A stretch of 56,938 nt of DNA from a virus (IMGVR_UViG_3300011114_000231:1-56938); one strand, 5' to 3'; positions 1 through 8,427 are shown, counted from the stretch's first letter. Numbers and translations are program-made. The notes: generated by a model not told the origin, from the letters alone.

Positions 1-127
1 TCTGTGTTTTTTAATGTTATGCGTTCGTTTCCAAAATTGTATTCCCAATTATATGTAAAGTGCGGTACTAATTACTTAACATGTAAACTTATATATCCCC
101 ATACATTTAGCATCACATTATATTCAA
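1..127. repeat. Direct terminal repeat, copy 1 (assembly overlap of circular contig)
   Basis: 1-127 is identical to 56812-56938; 127 equals a common assembler k-mer length. Confidence 0.95.
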
Positions 128-155
128 AAACACAGATTTTACAGATTGTTGTGCC

Positions 156-168
156 TAACATATTGATT
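156..168 (-). promoter_or_regulatory. IHF-binding site
   Basis: Minus strand reads AATCAATATGTTA, an exact WATCAANNNNTTR match; a near-match partner (AACCAATATGTTA) lies at 56757-56769 on the + strand. Confidence 0.55.
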
Positions 169-265
169 TCATTGCACTTTCTTAATCTATTTTTTAGCTG
201 TTAAGTTAGATAAAACATCTTGACAATCTATATTTCCGCTAAACTTACAGCCCCAAACGGCAAAC

Positions 266-294
266 TTGACAGGCCGCCCGATCCGTGCTAGGAT
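266..294 (+). promoter_or_regulatory. Sigma70-type early promoter
   Basis: TTGACA (266-271), 17-nt spacer ending TGc, TAGGAT (289-294), upstream of the + strand operon. Confidence 0.7.
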
Positions 295-362
295 GGTGGC
301 TCGGTAGGAATTTAACTACTGAATGTATATATAATTTAACTTAACATACGGAGCGTAAAGCT

Positions 363-722
363 ATGAAGCAAGTTAAGAACGTACTTAACAGTAATATGCG
401 TAAACTTGTAACGGCCCACATTCCATTCATCAATGGTAACAAGACTGTGTTTGCCCATCTGAAAGACAACGGTATCTATGTTGTGTATTCTTATGGCTAT
501 CACTACCCAATGTTAATTTGGGAGCCTGTCTCTGGTATGTGGTTTGCCAATGAGGACAAGTCTACCCGTACTACTTCCATGCACAAATCTAAGACCCGTC
601 CTTATAACATTACAAGTTATAACCTTCGTACTGATGCAATGATCGAACTGTCCTACAATGGTTATGCATCGTTAGCTAACAAGCGTATGAATGGTGGGTT
701 TATCTTAGTGGAGGCGGCATGA
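363..722 (+). CDS. Conserved phage early protein (YSYG...TTSxH motif family)
   Basis: ORF with GGAG RBS; VYSYGYHYP and STRTTSMH motifs recur in small phage early proteins. Confidence 0.65.
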   Translation: MKQVKNVLNSNMRKLVTAHIPFINGNKTVFAHLKDNGIYVVYSYGYHYPMLIWEPVSGMWFANEDKSTRTTSMHKSKTRPYNITSYNLRTDAMIELSYNGYASLANKRMNGGFILVEAA

Positions 723-886
723 CACAAGAACTTATCTCACTAGCCAACGATCTGTTGGTTAAGTTGTTACGTAATCTTGATGAGGCTAAGAGTATCAATG
801 CTCCTACAATATATATTGATATGATTCAGTCTCAGATTGATGATGTTGTTGGTATTATATCAAATGGAGAGAATGAAAATGACTAA
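719..886 (+). CDS. Hypothetical protein, 55 aa (not in ORF track)
   Basis: ATGA overlap with the upstream stop, GGAGG RBS at 710-714; MTQELISLAN...ENEND*. Confidence 0.65.
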   Translation: MTQELISLANDLLVKLLRNLDEAKSINAPTIYIDMIQSQIDDVVGIISNGENEND

Positions 887-1061
887 GACAGCATTGAAAC
901 TATACATCTTGAGGGATGTTAGTGGAGCCGTAGTGAAAGACGCTAGTGGTTCCCCACTGTACTTTTCCGACAAGATGGTAGCCAAGGCTAATCGTGCTGT
1001 TGGTCAGCACGTTTCCTATGGTCCTGATCACAAGAAAACAACCAGCAAAAAGGGTAACTAA
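873..1061 (+). CDS. Hypothetical protein
   Basis: GGAG RBS before MKMTKTALK; tightly packed between neighbours. Confidence 0.6.
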   Translation: MKMTKTALKLYILRDVSGAVVKDASGSPLYFSDKMVAKANRAVGQHVSYGPDHKKTTSKKGN

Positions 1062-1062
1062 C

Positions 1063-2055
1063 ATGCGTCCCAACCATATCAAAGATACTATCAAGTCACT
1101 TAACCCACTCCAGATTGCAGTGTGCATTGAGGGTGCTGTTGGTGTTGGTAAATCCAGCATTGTAAAGTCTGTTGCTAAAGACTTGGATGTTCACTGTGTC
1201 CTTAGAAACATGGCAACAATGCTCGTCGAGGACTTCGGTATTCCATCTATCTCTGATGATACTGTTAAGTATAAACTTATTGATTGGTATCCTGCCAAGG
1301 GTTCCAAGTGGGATGACGGTCGTGGTGGTATCCTGTGCTTCGATGATCGTAATCAGGCTGGTACTGATCAGCAGAAACTATTGGCCCATCTTATCCAAGA
1401 ACGTGATCTGCATGGTGTACCTATGGCTGACGGCTGGCAAGTTATCTCCACTGGTAACAGGCAGAGTGATCGTGCTGGTGCTAATCGTGTCTTGTCTCAT
1501 CTCCGTAATCGTGAAGCGTTGATTAACTATGACTTTCACCTTGATGACTGGACTGGTTGGGCATTGGAGAATGGTGTTAACCCTATCGTGGTTAGTTTCC
1601 TGCGTTTCAAACCAGACTTAGCCGCCGCTCATGATCCATCCAAAGATGTTAGCCCGACAATTCGTGGTTGGACTGAGCGTATTAGTCCTGCTGTTGGTGT
1701 TATACCATCAGACTGTGAGTTTGAGTATTTCACTGGTGTTGTTGGCGAGAGTGCCGCCGCTTACTTTACAACATATCTCAAGTTGTATCGTAAACTGCCT
1801 AATGTAGATGCTCTGTTGCTTAACCCGTCTAGTTACGATGTACCAACTGATCTTGGTGTACTCCATGCTATCTCTGGAGCCATTGCTCATCGTGCTACAG
1901 CGTCTAACTTTGATCGTGTTTGCTCTTTTGCAGAGCGTATGCCTCCAGAGTTCAGTGTTCTTACCATCAGCTATGCAACACGTAAGAACCCAGACTTGGC
2001 TAATACCAGTGCCTTCACTAACTGGGCAGTCAAGCACCAAGATGTTTTGTTTTAA
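1063..2055 (+). CDS. MoxR/CbbQ-like AAA+ ATPase
   Basis: Walker A GAVGVGKS, Walker B GILCFDD, STGN sensor 1, LRNR arginine finger, SPTIRGW sensor 2-like; start placed at MRPNH. Confidence 0.88.
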   Translation: MRPNHIKDTIKSLNPLQIAVCIEGAVGVGKSSIVKSVAKDLDVHCVLRNMATMLVEDFGIPSISDDTVKYKLIDWYPAKGSKWDDGRGGILCFDDRNQAGTDQQKLLAHLIQERDLHGVPMADGWQVISTGNRQSDRAGANRVLSHLRNREALINYDFHLDDWTGWALENGVNPIVVSFLRFKPDLAAAHDPSKDVSPTIRGWTERISPAVGVIPSDCEFEYFTGVVGESAAAYFTTYLKLYRKLPNVDALLLNPSSYDVPTDLGVLHAISGAIAHRATASNFDRVCSFAERMPPEFSVLTISYATRKNPDLANTSAFTNWAVKHQDVLF

Positions 2056-2111
2056 GGTCGAAACAGGGGATTTATCCCCTGTCCACTGGTTAGTCCAGTG
2101 CTGATGAGACC
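2056..2111 (+). ncRNA. Hammerhead ribozyme, type II topology
   Basis: GGTC-GAAA-CAGGGGA(TTTA)TCCCCTG-TC^-CACTGG(TTAGT)CCAGTG-CTGATGA-GACC: full catalytic core, three perfect stems, GUC cleavage triplet, predicted cut after 2083. Confidence 0.9.
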
Positions 2112-2138
2112 ATCAGTAACAATAGTGGAGTGAAAGCT

Positions 2139-2990
2139 ATGAACCTATCTGATCGTGCTTTGTTAGTACAACTTAACATCTCTCAGTGGACCGCTCGTAA
2201 GTATGACAAACGAGCCACACAGCAGGTTGCTGATAGCAACAATACAACTATGGCGGCTGGTCGCTATAATAAGTCTCTGTTGCCTATGAATGATTATCTT
2301 GATCGTGTTCACAAGAAAGCTACGGCTATCCGTACTAAGTATTACCAGAACACATTGCCTTGGGGCATTGAGGGTACACAGATGTTACCATCTGCTAATT
2401 ACCTTAGCTTTATGACAGAGTTTCGTAAGGAAAAGGCTGAGTGGGAGCGTTTAGTCCATGACTTTACCGATAACTACGATGACCTATGCCATAATGCTCA
2501 GCGTTTTCTGGGTGATCTGTTTAACCCTGCTGATTATCCAACTCGTTCAGAGATCGAACGTAAGTTCAAGATTGATATGGCTATCTTTCCTGTACCTTCT
2601 GCTGATTTTAGGGTGCAGTTGTCTAACTCAGAACTTGACACCATCCAGAGAGATGTTGAGGCAAGACTTCGTGAAGCTAGTGCTACCGCTATGAAAGATG
2701 TTTGGTCACGTTTGTTTGAACGTGTTCAGCATATGGCTGATAAGTTAGCTGATCCTACAGCTATCTTTCGTGACAGCATGATCGAAAATGCCAGAGAAAT
2801 CTGTGCCATGTTGCCACGTCTTAACTTTGCTGATGATGCTAACTTGGAGAATATGCGTCAGCAAGTTGAGAGTAAGATTGCCAAGTATCATCCTGATGCT
2901 TTGCGTAATGACCCTGACCTTCGTCGTGATACAGCGGCAGAAGCTAAGGCTATCATGGACAAAATGTCCGTATTCATGACTGGTATGTGA
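2139..2990 (+). CDS. DUF3150-like helical protein of the AAA-VWA module
   Basis: LVQLNISQWTARKYD N-terminus and FNPADYP motif; sits between AAA ATPase and VWA genes; GGAG RBS. Confidence 0.7.
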   Translation: MNLSDRALLVQLNISQWTARKYDKRATQQVADSNNTTMAAGRYNKSLLPMNDYLDRVHKKATAIRTKYYQNTLPWGIEGTQMLPSANYLSFMTEFRKEKAEWERLVHDFTDNYDDLCHNAQRFLGDLFNPADYPTRSEIERKFKIDMAIFPVPSADFRVQLSNSELDTIQRDVEARLREASATAMKDVWSRLFERVQHMADKLADPTAIFRDSMIENAREICAMLPRLNFADDANLENMRQQVESKIAKYHPDALRNDPDLRRDTAAEAKAIMDKMSVFMTGM

Positions 2991-3000
2991 GGAGATTACC

Positions 3001-4137
3001 ATGACACAAGAACTTTCACGTCGAGTTTCCAAGGCTAAAACAACCCTGTTGTTAGACCAAAAGAGTGCCTTCATTGGCTCTCTTGCTCTTGGTTTGCCTA
3101 CTGTTATCACAGATAAGGTCAAGACTGCCGCTACTGACGGCAGGGTTATCATGTTTAACCCAGAGTTCTGTGCTGATCTGACTGATGAGGAGATGGTATT
3201 CCTCATTGCTCATGAGACCATGCATCCAATGCTTGAGCATAACTATCGTTTGCAAGGCAGAGACCATGTTAGATGGAACAAAGCCGCTGATTACGTAATC
3301 AACCAGCTACTTGTTGAGGAAAAGATCGGTAAGTTCATTGATGGAGGCTGTCTTAACGACAGCCTCTACAAGTCTGGTAATGGTATTACCGACAACATCT
3401 ATGGCATGTTGCCAGATGAGAGCAATGGCAATGGCTCTGGATCAGGTAATGGCGGTATTGGTGATGATATTATCCCCAGTGAAGCCACTGGTGCTGATCA
3501 AGAGGCAGAGATCGGCGAGTGGAAACTCAAGGTAGCTAATGCGGCTCAAGCCGCTAAACTTATGGGTTCACTTAGTGCCAACATGGAGCGTTTTGTTGGT
3601 GAATTGCTTGAGCCAAAGGTAGATTGGCGTGATGTACTACGTGACTTTGTGTTCAAAGCTAAGACTGATGAGCGTAGTTTTGCACGACCTAACCGTAGGT
3701 TTATCAGCCAAGGTGTCTATCTGCCTTCTGTCACTGGTGAAACACTAGGCGATATTGTCATAGCTATTGATTGCTCTGGTTCTATTGGAGCCAAAGAGAT
3801 TGATATGTTTGCCGCAGAGATGAAGGCAATCAAATCTGACGGAAGTCCTACCGCTATGCACGTGGTCTATTTTGACCATGCTGTCTGTCACTATGACAAG
3901 TTCGGTCCTGATGAGGAACTTGTTGTTAAACCACGTGGTGGTGGCGGTACTGCGTTCAGTCCTGTGTTCAAATACATAGAGGACCATGACATAGAGCCTG
4001 TGGCTTGTGTGTTCCTTACTGATCTGTACTGTGATGATTACGGCCCAGCACCAGAGTATCCTGTACTCTGGGCTGTATTCAATGGCCCAAAAGAACCCGT
4101 TGCACCATTTGGTCGGGTAGTAAAGGCAGTAGCATGA
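3001..4137 (+). CDS. DUF2201-type putative metallopeptidase fused to VWA-like domain
   Basis: TAATDG, HExxH (AHETMH), WNKAADYVIN, MIDAS DCSGS, GGGGT, FLTDL. Confidence 0.88.
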   Translation: MTQELSRRVSKAKTTLLLDQKSAFIGSLALGLPTVITDKVKTAATDGRVIMFNPEFCADLTDEEMVFLIAHETMHPMLEHNYRLQGRDHVRWNKAADYVINQLLVEEKIGKFIDGGCLNDSLYKSGNGITDNIYGMLPDESNGNGSGSGNGGIGDDIIPSEATGADQEAEIGEWKLKVANAAQAAKLMGSLSANMERFVGELLEPKVDWRDVLRDFVFKAKTDERSFARPNRRFISQGVYLPSVTGETLGDIVIAIDCSGSIGAKEIDMFAAEMKAIKSDGSPTAMHVVYFDHAVCHYDKFGPDEELVVKPRGGGGTAFSPVFKYIEDHDIEPVACVFLTDLYCDDYGPAPEYPVLWAVFNGPKEPVAPFGRVVKAVA

Positions 4138-4307
4138 ACGAAATACTTATTGCTGGGTTAGTTGTTACTAACCTTATTCTGTGTGCTTGGATTATGCTAC
4201 TTGAGCGTAAACTTAGTTCACTTAATTACATTCTCTATAGCGTCGCCATTGGCGACGTTACTGTTACTGTAGTTGATGAATCTATTGTGATCAAAGAGGA
4301 GAAATGA
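4134..4307 (+). CDS. Small membrane protein, 57 aa (not in ORF track)
   Basis: ATGA overlap; N-terminal hydrophobic helix ILIAGLVVTNLILCAWIMLL. Confidence 0.6.
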   Translation: MNEILIAGLVVTNLILCAWIMLLERKLSSLNYILYSVAIGDVTVTVVDESIVIKEEK

Positions 4308-4309
4308 TC

Positions 4310-4960
4310 ATGGCTATTGTACGTTTTTCTAATGAGTTGCAGTCTGCTATACTTACCAAAGCAAGCCAAACATTTGTTCCCCGTATTACAGCGGCGACTA
4401 ACAATATCCCTATGTCTGCTGAAGAACTATATGACAGGATATTTTCACGTTACTTGCCGCATATGGGTATGCTTCCACCAGAGTTCTTTAACTCAACTAG
4501 TATGTTTGGCATACACTCTGTCCATGAAGTACTGTTAAACCATAACTTCAATCTAACAACACCTAAGTTGTTCCCATATAAACTTGGACCACAGCCACAC
4601 TTCAAAGCTACTTTTGACTTTGGTACAGGTGGTACTAGCTATAAACTTATACCAGATGGCACTGGTATATGGGATGATCTTGTCGAGATGGTTCAAACTC
4701 GTAATAATAATATCAAAGCTATAGAAGATCAGCTTAACAAGTTCAAAGATAACTTGCGTGTTATTATGACAACACATTCTACATTAGCACCAGCACTAAA
4801 GGCATGGCCCCCACTGTGGGACTTTGTGCCTGACTCATACAAAGATAAACATCGTGAGATTAAGGAGCGTAAGAAGAACGACAGCGTTAATCTGTCTGAG
4901 GTTATGGACTTGGACTCCATGACTTCTGTGGTTGTGGCAAGCAAATTCTTGGGGAAATAA
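4310..4960 (+). CDS. Nmad5-like (nucleotide modification associated domain 5) protein
   Basis: C-terminal TLAPALKAWPPLWDFVP resembles the Nmad5 T.xxL..WP....LP signature; GAGGAG RBS. Confidence 0.5.
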   Translation: MAIVRFSNELQSAILTKASQTFVPRITAATNNIPMSAEELYDRIFSRYLPHMGMLPPEFFNSTSMFGIHSVHEVLLNHNFNLTTPKLFPYKLGPQPHFKATFDFGTGGTSYKLIPDGTGIWDDLVEMVQTRNNNIKAIEDQLNKFKDNLRVIMTTHSTLAPALKAWPPLWDFVPDSYKDKHREIKERKKNDSVNLSEVMDLDSMTSVVVASKFLGK

Positions 4961-4961
4961 C

Positions 4962-5807
4962 ATGCAAAAGTATCCACATCAGCGTAGTGGTAATCAGAAA
5001 CTTATCACAAGTTATACCATGTTGAATAATATGGTGAGTAAGTTGCGCTTTCCCCAAAAGGGGAAGGCGTTAAACCATACGTTCAGAGCGTTCAAAACTG
5101 GTGATACCATACAGGTATGGATTTGTGATGGTCCTAATAAGTCTGTCCACCTGTGTGACCTGACACCTGACAACGTGTTGACGTTTGTTGCTAGCACATT
5201 GAGTATTCGTAACAAAGCACAGACCATAGTTGGTTCGCTACATACCTATCTGCCTGTGTTCTTTACACGGTTCGGTATGGGTAAGTACCGCATAGCAAGC
5301 TATGAGATGGTATTTAATGAGCATAAATCGTTCTGGGATTATTGGAACAACGGTGGTAGCACAACATCGCCACAGTACTTTGCTGGTATACAGTTTGATA
5401 TGGCTAGTGGTGCGTGTCTTAATCGACGGCCTGATCTTAAACACCAAGTTGTATCGGAAGTACGGCGTCAATGGCTAAAAGATATTGCACAATGGCGCAA
5501 AGGCATTGCATTACGTAGCAAATTAGGTGTGCTAGATGCCATAGCACTGGAAGAAAACTTCTTTAAGAGGAACTATAGCAAGCGTTTGGATACTCTATTG
5601 CTTTGCAACCACGTTGTTAAGGCCATAAAGGAACAAGACTTTAGCAAAGATACTCTGGACGTTATCGTATTTAACCTTGGCGTGGCGTATAGGTCGGGGT
5701 TTAGCACGGCTCATCTAGATAATTTCTTTAAGGAACATAGCGTCCAACTGCGTATGGCGTATGGCGTGTTCGGCGAGCACAACAAAAATATTTTTATACA
5801 AACTTAA
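4962..5807 (+). CDS. Hypothetical protein
   Basis: Long ORF in operon; no recognisable motif. Confidence 0.7.
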   Translation: MQKYPHQRSGNQKLITSYTMLNNMVSKLRFPQKGKALNHTFRAFKTGDTIQVWICDGPNKSVHLCDLTPDNVLTFVASTLSIRNKAQTIVGSLHTYLPVFFTRFGMGKYRIASYEMVFNEHKSFWDYWNNGGSTTSPQYFAGIQFDMASGACLNRRPDLKHQVVSEVRRQWLKDIAQWRKGIALRSKLGVLDAIALEENFFKRNYSKRLDTLLLCNHVVKAIKEQDFSKDTLDVIVFNLGVAYRSGFSTAHLDNFFKEHSVQLRMAYGVFGEHNKNIFIQT

Positions 5808-5810
5808 CCC

Positions 5811-5839
5811 TTGCGTTAAGTATCTGCCTATGCCTATAT
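5811..5839 (+). promoter_or_regulatory. Alphaproteobacterial RpoD-like promoter
   Basis: cTTGCGT-N17-CTATAT in the intergenic gap, close to the rhizobial CTTGAC-N17-CTATAT consensus. Confidence 0.5.
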
Positions 5840-5866
5840 GATACACCTGTCACATAAGAGGTGGTC

Positions 5867-6130
5867 ATGAGAGTATACCAGAGGCAGAGAACACCAACAC
5901 TAAAGCCGCCCGTTAAAGGACGGGCGGTTCATCCCTTCGTTGTATGGATGTGGAAGGAGATTAACAACCAGAGAGCATCACAAGAGGACGTTGCTACTAG
6001 GTCTGGCATATCATCTAGTGCCATGAGGAAGTGGAGAACAGGATTACAAGCCCCAACCCTTGCCGCTATGGAGGCAATCATAAACACGTTGGGGTATGAT
6101 CTTGTTATTAGGAGCAAGAAAGATGAGTAG
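5867..6130 (+). CDS. XRE/Cro-like HTH transcriptional regulator
   Basis: SQEDVATRSGISSSAMRKWRTG...PTL HTH pattern. Confidence 0.85.
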   Translation: MRVYQRQRTPTLKPPVKGRAVHPFVVWMWKEINNQRASQEDVATRSGISSSAMRKWRTGLQAPTLAAMEAIINTLGYDLVIRSKKDE

Positions 6131-6611
6131 AACTAAATTCAAACATCACGTACTGACCAAGTACTTTATCGAGAACCCACTAGCTACACCCAGAGAAGCG
6201 GCGGCGGCATGTGGAACATCGTGGCAGTATGCCTACTATGTTATCTCTAAGAGGCAGACACCTAAAGAAGTGTTTGTTGCTGAGTCAAAAGCAAAGACAG
6301 ACAAAGATGTTTTTGTGAAGCACGACAAGAACAAGTTACCTTGGCACTTGCTACCCACTGATGCAGTAGAGGAAGTGTTGAAGGTGCTAGCCTACGGGGC
6401 CAAGAAATACTCAGCTAATAATTGGTGCGCTGGTGCTGACTGGAGCCGCTACTATGACGCTATGCAAAGACACCTGTGGTCATGGTGGGCTGGAGAAAAC
6501 TTAGATGAGGAGACTAGGAAGTCGCATCTGGCACATGCCGCATGTTGCTTGTTGTTCCTCATTGCCTACGAGAAACGTAACATTGGAACAGATGATAGGA
6601 GCAAGCCATGA
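6123..6611 (+). CDS. dATP/dGTP diphosphohydrolase-domain protein (DUF5664-like) with N-terminal HTH-like segment
   Basis: KHDKNK.PWHLLP, YGAKKYSANNW, RYYDAMQRHL, SHLAHAAC motifs. Confidence 0.85.
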   Translation: MSRTKFKHHVLTKYFIENPLATPREAAAACGTSWQYAYYVISKRQTPKEVFVAESKAKTDKDVFVKHDKNKLPWHLLPTDAVEEVLKVLAYGAKKYSANNWCAGADWSRYYDAMQRHLWSWWAGENLDEETRKSHLAHAACCLLFLIAYEKRNIGTDDRSKP

Positions 6612-6994
6612 AATCCAGTGACGTACTTAGCAATGCAATGCACACATTGCGTGAAAGACAGCGCATATTCGGGGATGCTACCTCGGTGTATGCACGTGGT
6701 GCTGTAATAGCAACTGCGTTACGTGACACAAACACAAACACGTTTGACGTTGTTGTGTCAGAGATCAGTAACAAGTTTAGTAAGCTGTCACAAAACCGTA
6801 TGCACTTGGAGACATGGGTAGAACTATGTCTGGATGTAGCTATCGCGGCTGAACTTGCAATGGAACTGAACATTGTAAATCCTTCTGTGACTATGGCAAA
6901 TTTCAAAGATGATGTTGCCCGTGAACTTGAGGCACAGATTGCTGAAGAAGCAAAGCAGATGGCTCAGAGTATCCATAACATGGATAGGCAATGA
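6608..6994 (+). CDS. Hypothetical protein, weakly DUF6378-like
   Basis: L..A...RERQ..FG N-terminus; expected catalytic-looking residues appear degenerate. Confidence 0.45.
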   Translation: MKSSDVLSNAMHTLRERQRIFGDATSVYARGAVIATALRDTNTNTFDVVVSEISNKFSKLSQNRMHLETWVELCLDVAIAAELAMELNIVNPSVTMANFKDDVARELEAQIAEEAKQMAQSIHNMDRQ

Positions 6995-7218
6995 AGATTG
7001 ACCCAATCATAAAGAAAGCACTGGAAGAAATTCCAGTGCCATACACACTGGTCAAATCTAAAGACCATTACTTTGTACAAGTTGAAGGTTATCCGCGAGT
7101 TATTATTGCGGGTAATCACCAGAGAACTAAGTGGCACGAAGTACGTGGCACAGTAACAAATATAAATAGATTGGTGCGATCTATAAGTGGAGGTTGTGAT
7201 GATGTACCCACCAAGTAA
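6991..7218 (+). CDS. Hypothetical protein
   Basis: ATGA-coupled ORF. Confidence 0.65.
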   Translation: MKIDPIIKKALEEIPVPYTLVKSKDHYFVQVEGYPRVIIAGNHQRTKWHEVRGTVTNINRLVRSISGGCDDVPTK

Positions 7219-7435
7219 TATATCTAATAATCCATTCGTTGTTTCTGGAGGAACATCTAATCTGATTAGGATTACTGATGGTAAGGATAAACATGTTGAT
7301 ATAACTATGGAGGATTACAAAGAACTATTATTTATCAAAGACTTTATGCACCTGTTTATCCAGCACAATGAGCAAGCCAATAAGATTTGGGTAGCAATGA
7401 AAGCGCAACGCTTATTCTTGGGAGAAAATAAATGA
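7199..7435 (+). CDS. Hypothetical protein
   Basis: GGAGG RBS; coupled to the next ORF. Confidence 0.6.
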   Translation: MMYPPSNISNNPFVVSGGTSNLIRITDGKDKHVDITMEDYKELLFIKDFMHLFIQHNEQANKIWVAMKAQRLFLGENK

Positions 7436-7686
7436 ACAAGGTAGAACGTAAAAGTATGGACCCTGTGTTGTCGGCGGCTGTCGAGTGGACCACAGCACGT
7501 TGGCATATACAACAATCCCCACCAGAGAACCAGCACGAGGCTGATCTATTGAACAGTGCAGAAACCTTATTGCGTAATAGGTTTGAGAGCCTATTGAAGG
7601 ACTATTATAAAGATGTTGCAGAGCATGAGGCTTTGCAGGACCAACTCGTCAAAGACATCAGTGAACTGTTGGGAGAAGTAAAATGA
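7432..7686 (+). CDS. Hypothetical protein
   Basis: GGGAG RBS, ATGA overlaps at both ends. Confidence 0.65.
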   Translation: MNKVERKSMDPVLSAAVEWTTARWHIQQSPPENQHEADLLNSAETLLRNRFESLLKDYYKDVAEHEALQDQLVKDISELLGEVK

Positions 7687-7802
7687 AATATGTTGTGGTG
7701 TTGCTGGCACTGATGCTTTCAGGGTGCAGTGTGGTTGTGTATAGGGGCGAACCAGTTGATCCCCTCACCCGCAGTACGTACCCACCTGTGGTGAGCAAAT
7801 GA
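7683..7802 (+). CDS. Small lipoprotein, 39 aa (not in ORF track)
   Basis: MKYVVVLLALMLSG-C signal with lipobox LSGC; GGGAG RBS; ATGA overlaps at both ends. Confidence 0.7.
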   Translation: MKYVVVLLALMLSGCSVVVYRGEPVDPLTRSTYPPVVSK

Positions 7803-8236
7803 CTTGGGATAACAGGTTCTTTGATCTAGCAGACATGGTTGGATCATGGTCTAAAGACCCATCAACAAAGGTCGGGGCGGTGATTGTTCGCCCTGATCGT
7901 ACCATTGCAAGCGTTGGGTACAATGGTTTCCCCCGTGGCGTGGATGATAGCCCTGAGATTTATGATGATAGACCAAAGAAGTATATGCGTGTCGTTCACG
8001 CAGAGGCTAATGCTATCCTGTCTGCACGTGAGCCGTTGCACGGTTATACTCTTTACGTAACACCACTGCACCCATGTGCAACATGTTCTGGATTGATCAT
8101 CCAGTCGGGGATCAAGGTTGTTAACTACGCAATGACCAAAGACAACACTCGTAATGAAGCGTGGACTGAACACTTCAACACAATGACAGATATGTTTCTG
8201 CAAGCTGGCATTAGATATTATGGGAGATACAGATAA
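7799..8236 (+). CDS. dCMP deaminase
   Basis: SKDPSTKVGAVI, GYNGFPRG, HAEANAI, PCATC zinc motifs. Confidence 0.93.
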   Translation: MTWDNRFFDLADMVGSWSKDPSTKVGAVIVRPDRTIASVGYNGFPRGVDDSPEIYDDRPKKYMRVVHAEANAILSAREPLHGYTLYVTPLHPCATCSGLIIQSGIKVVNYAMTKDNTRNEAWTEHFNTMTDMFLQAGIRYYGRYR

Positions 8237-8427
8237 TGGAAATTTTATTGGCGGCGTTTCTTATGGCGGCATCGCCAGCCCCATGCAAGACTGTCGTAGC
8301 TATCAAACAAGTGGTCGCTACTAATGAATGGTTTATCAAGCGTACTGAGTCAGGTCCGTGGGTTAGGGTGGACCAGAACTATATCGTTGGACTGAAGTGC
8401 TTCGTCGAGAACGTGGAGATGGTGTGA
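8236..8427 (+). CDS. Hypothetical exported protein
   Basis: N-terminal hydrophobic signal-like segment; coupled start. Confidence 0.55.
   Translation: MEILLAAFLMAASPAPCKTVVAIKQVVATNEWFIKRTESGPWVRVDQNYIVGLKCFVENVEMV

Noticed and set aside
1-127. 127-bp terminal repeat as a biological DTR
   Set aside because: Length equals a standard assembler k-mer and the break falls inside a repeat element; it shows circularity, not real termini
4-204. 66-aa ORF at the contig start
   Set aside because: No RBS; lies within the AT-rich repeat/origin-like region
719-733. Identical first 15 nt (ATGACACAAGAACTT) in the ORFs at 719 and 3001
   Set aside because: Similarity stops after five codons; chance or translation-initiation bias suffices
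3182-3916. Other CTGATGA heptamers as additional hammerheads
   Set aside because: They lie within coding sequence and I found no matching GAAA and stem arrangement by eye; a covariance search would be needed to exclude them fully
5804-5819. CtrA box near the HTH promoter (also 49081-49094)
   Set aside because: TTAA half-sites are spaced N8 and N6, not the canonical N7
6123-6611. 2-aminoadenine (Z-genome) pathway
   Set aside because: No PurZ or DatZ homologue is recognisable; the DUF5664-like gene alone is insufficient
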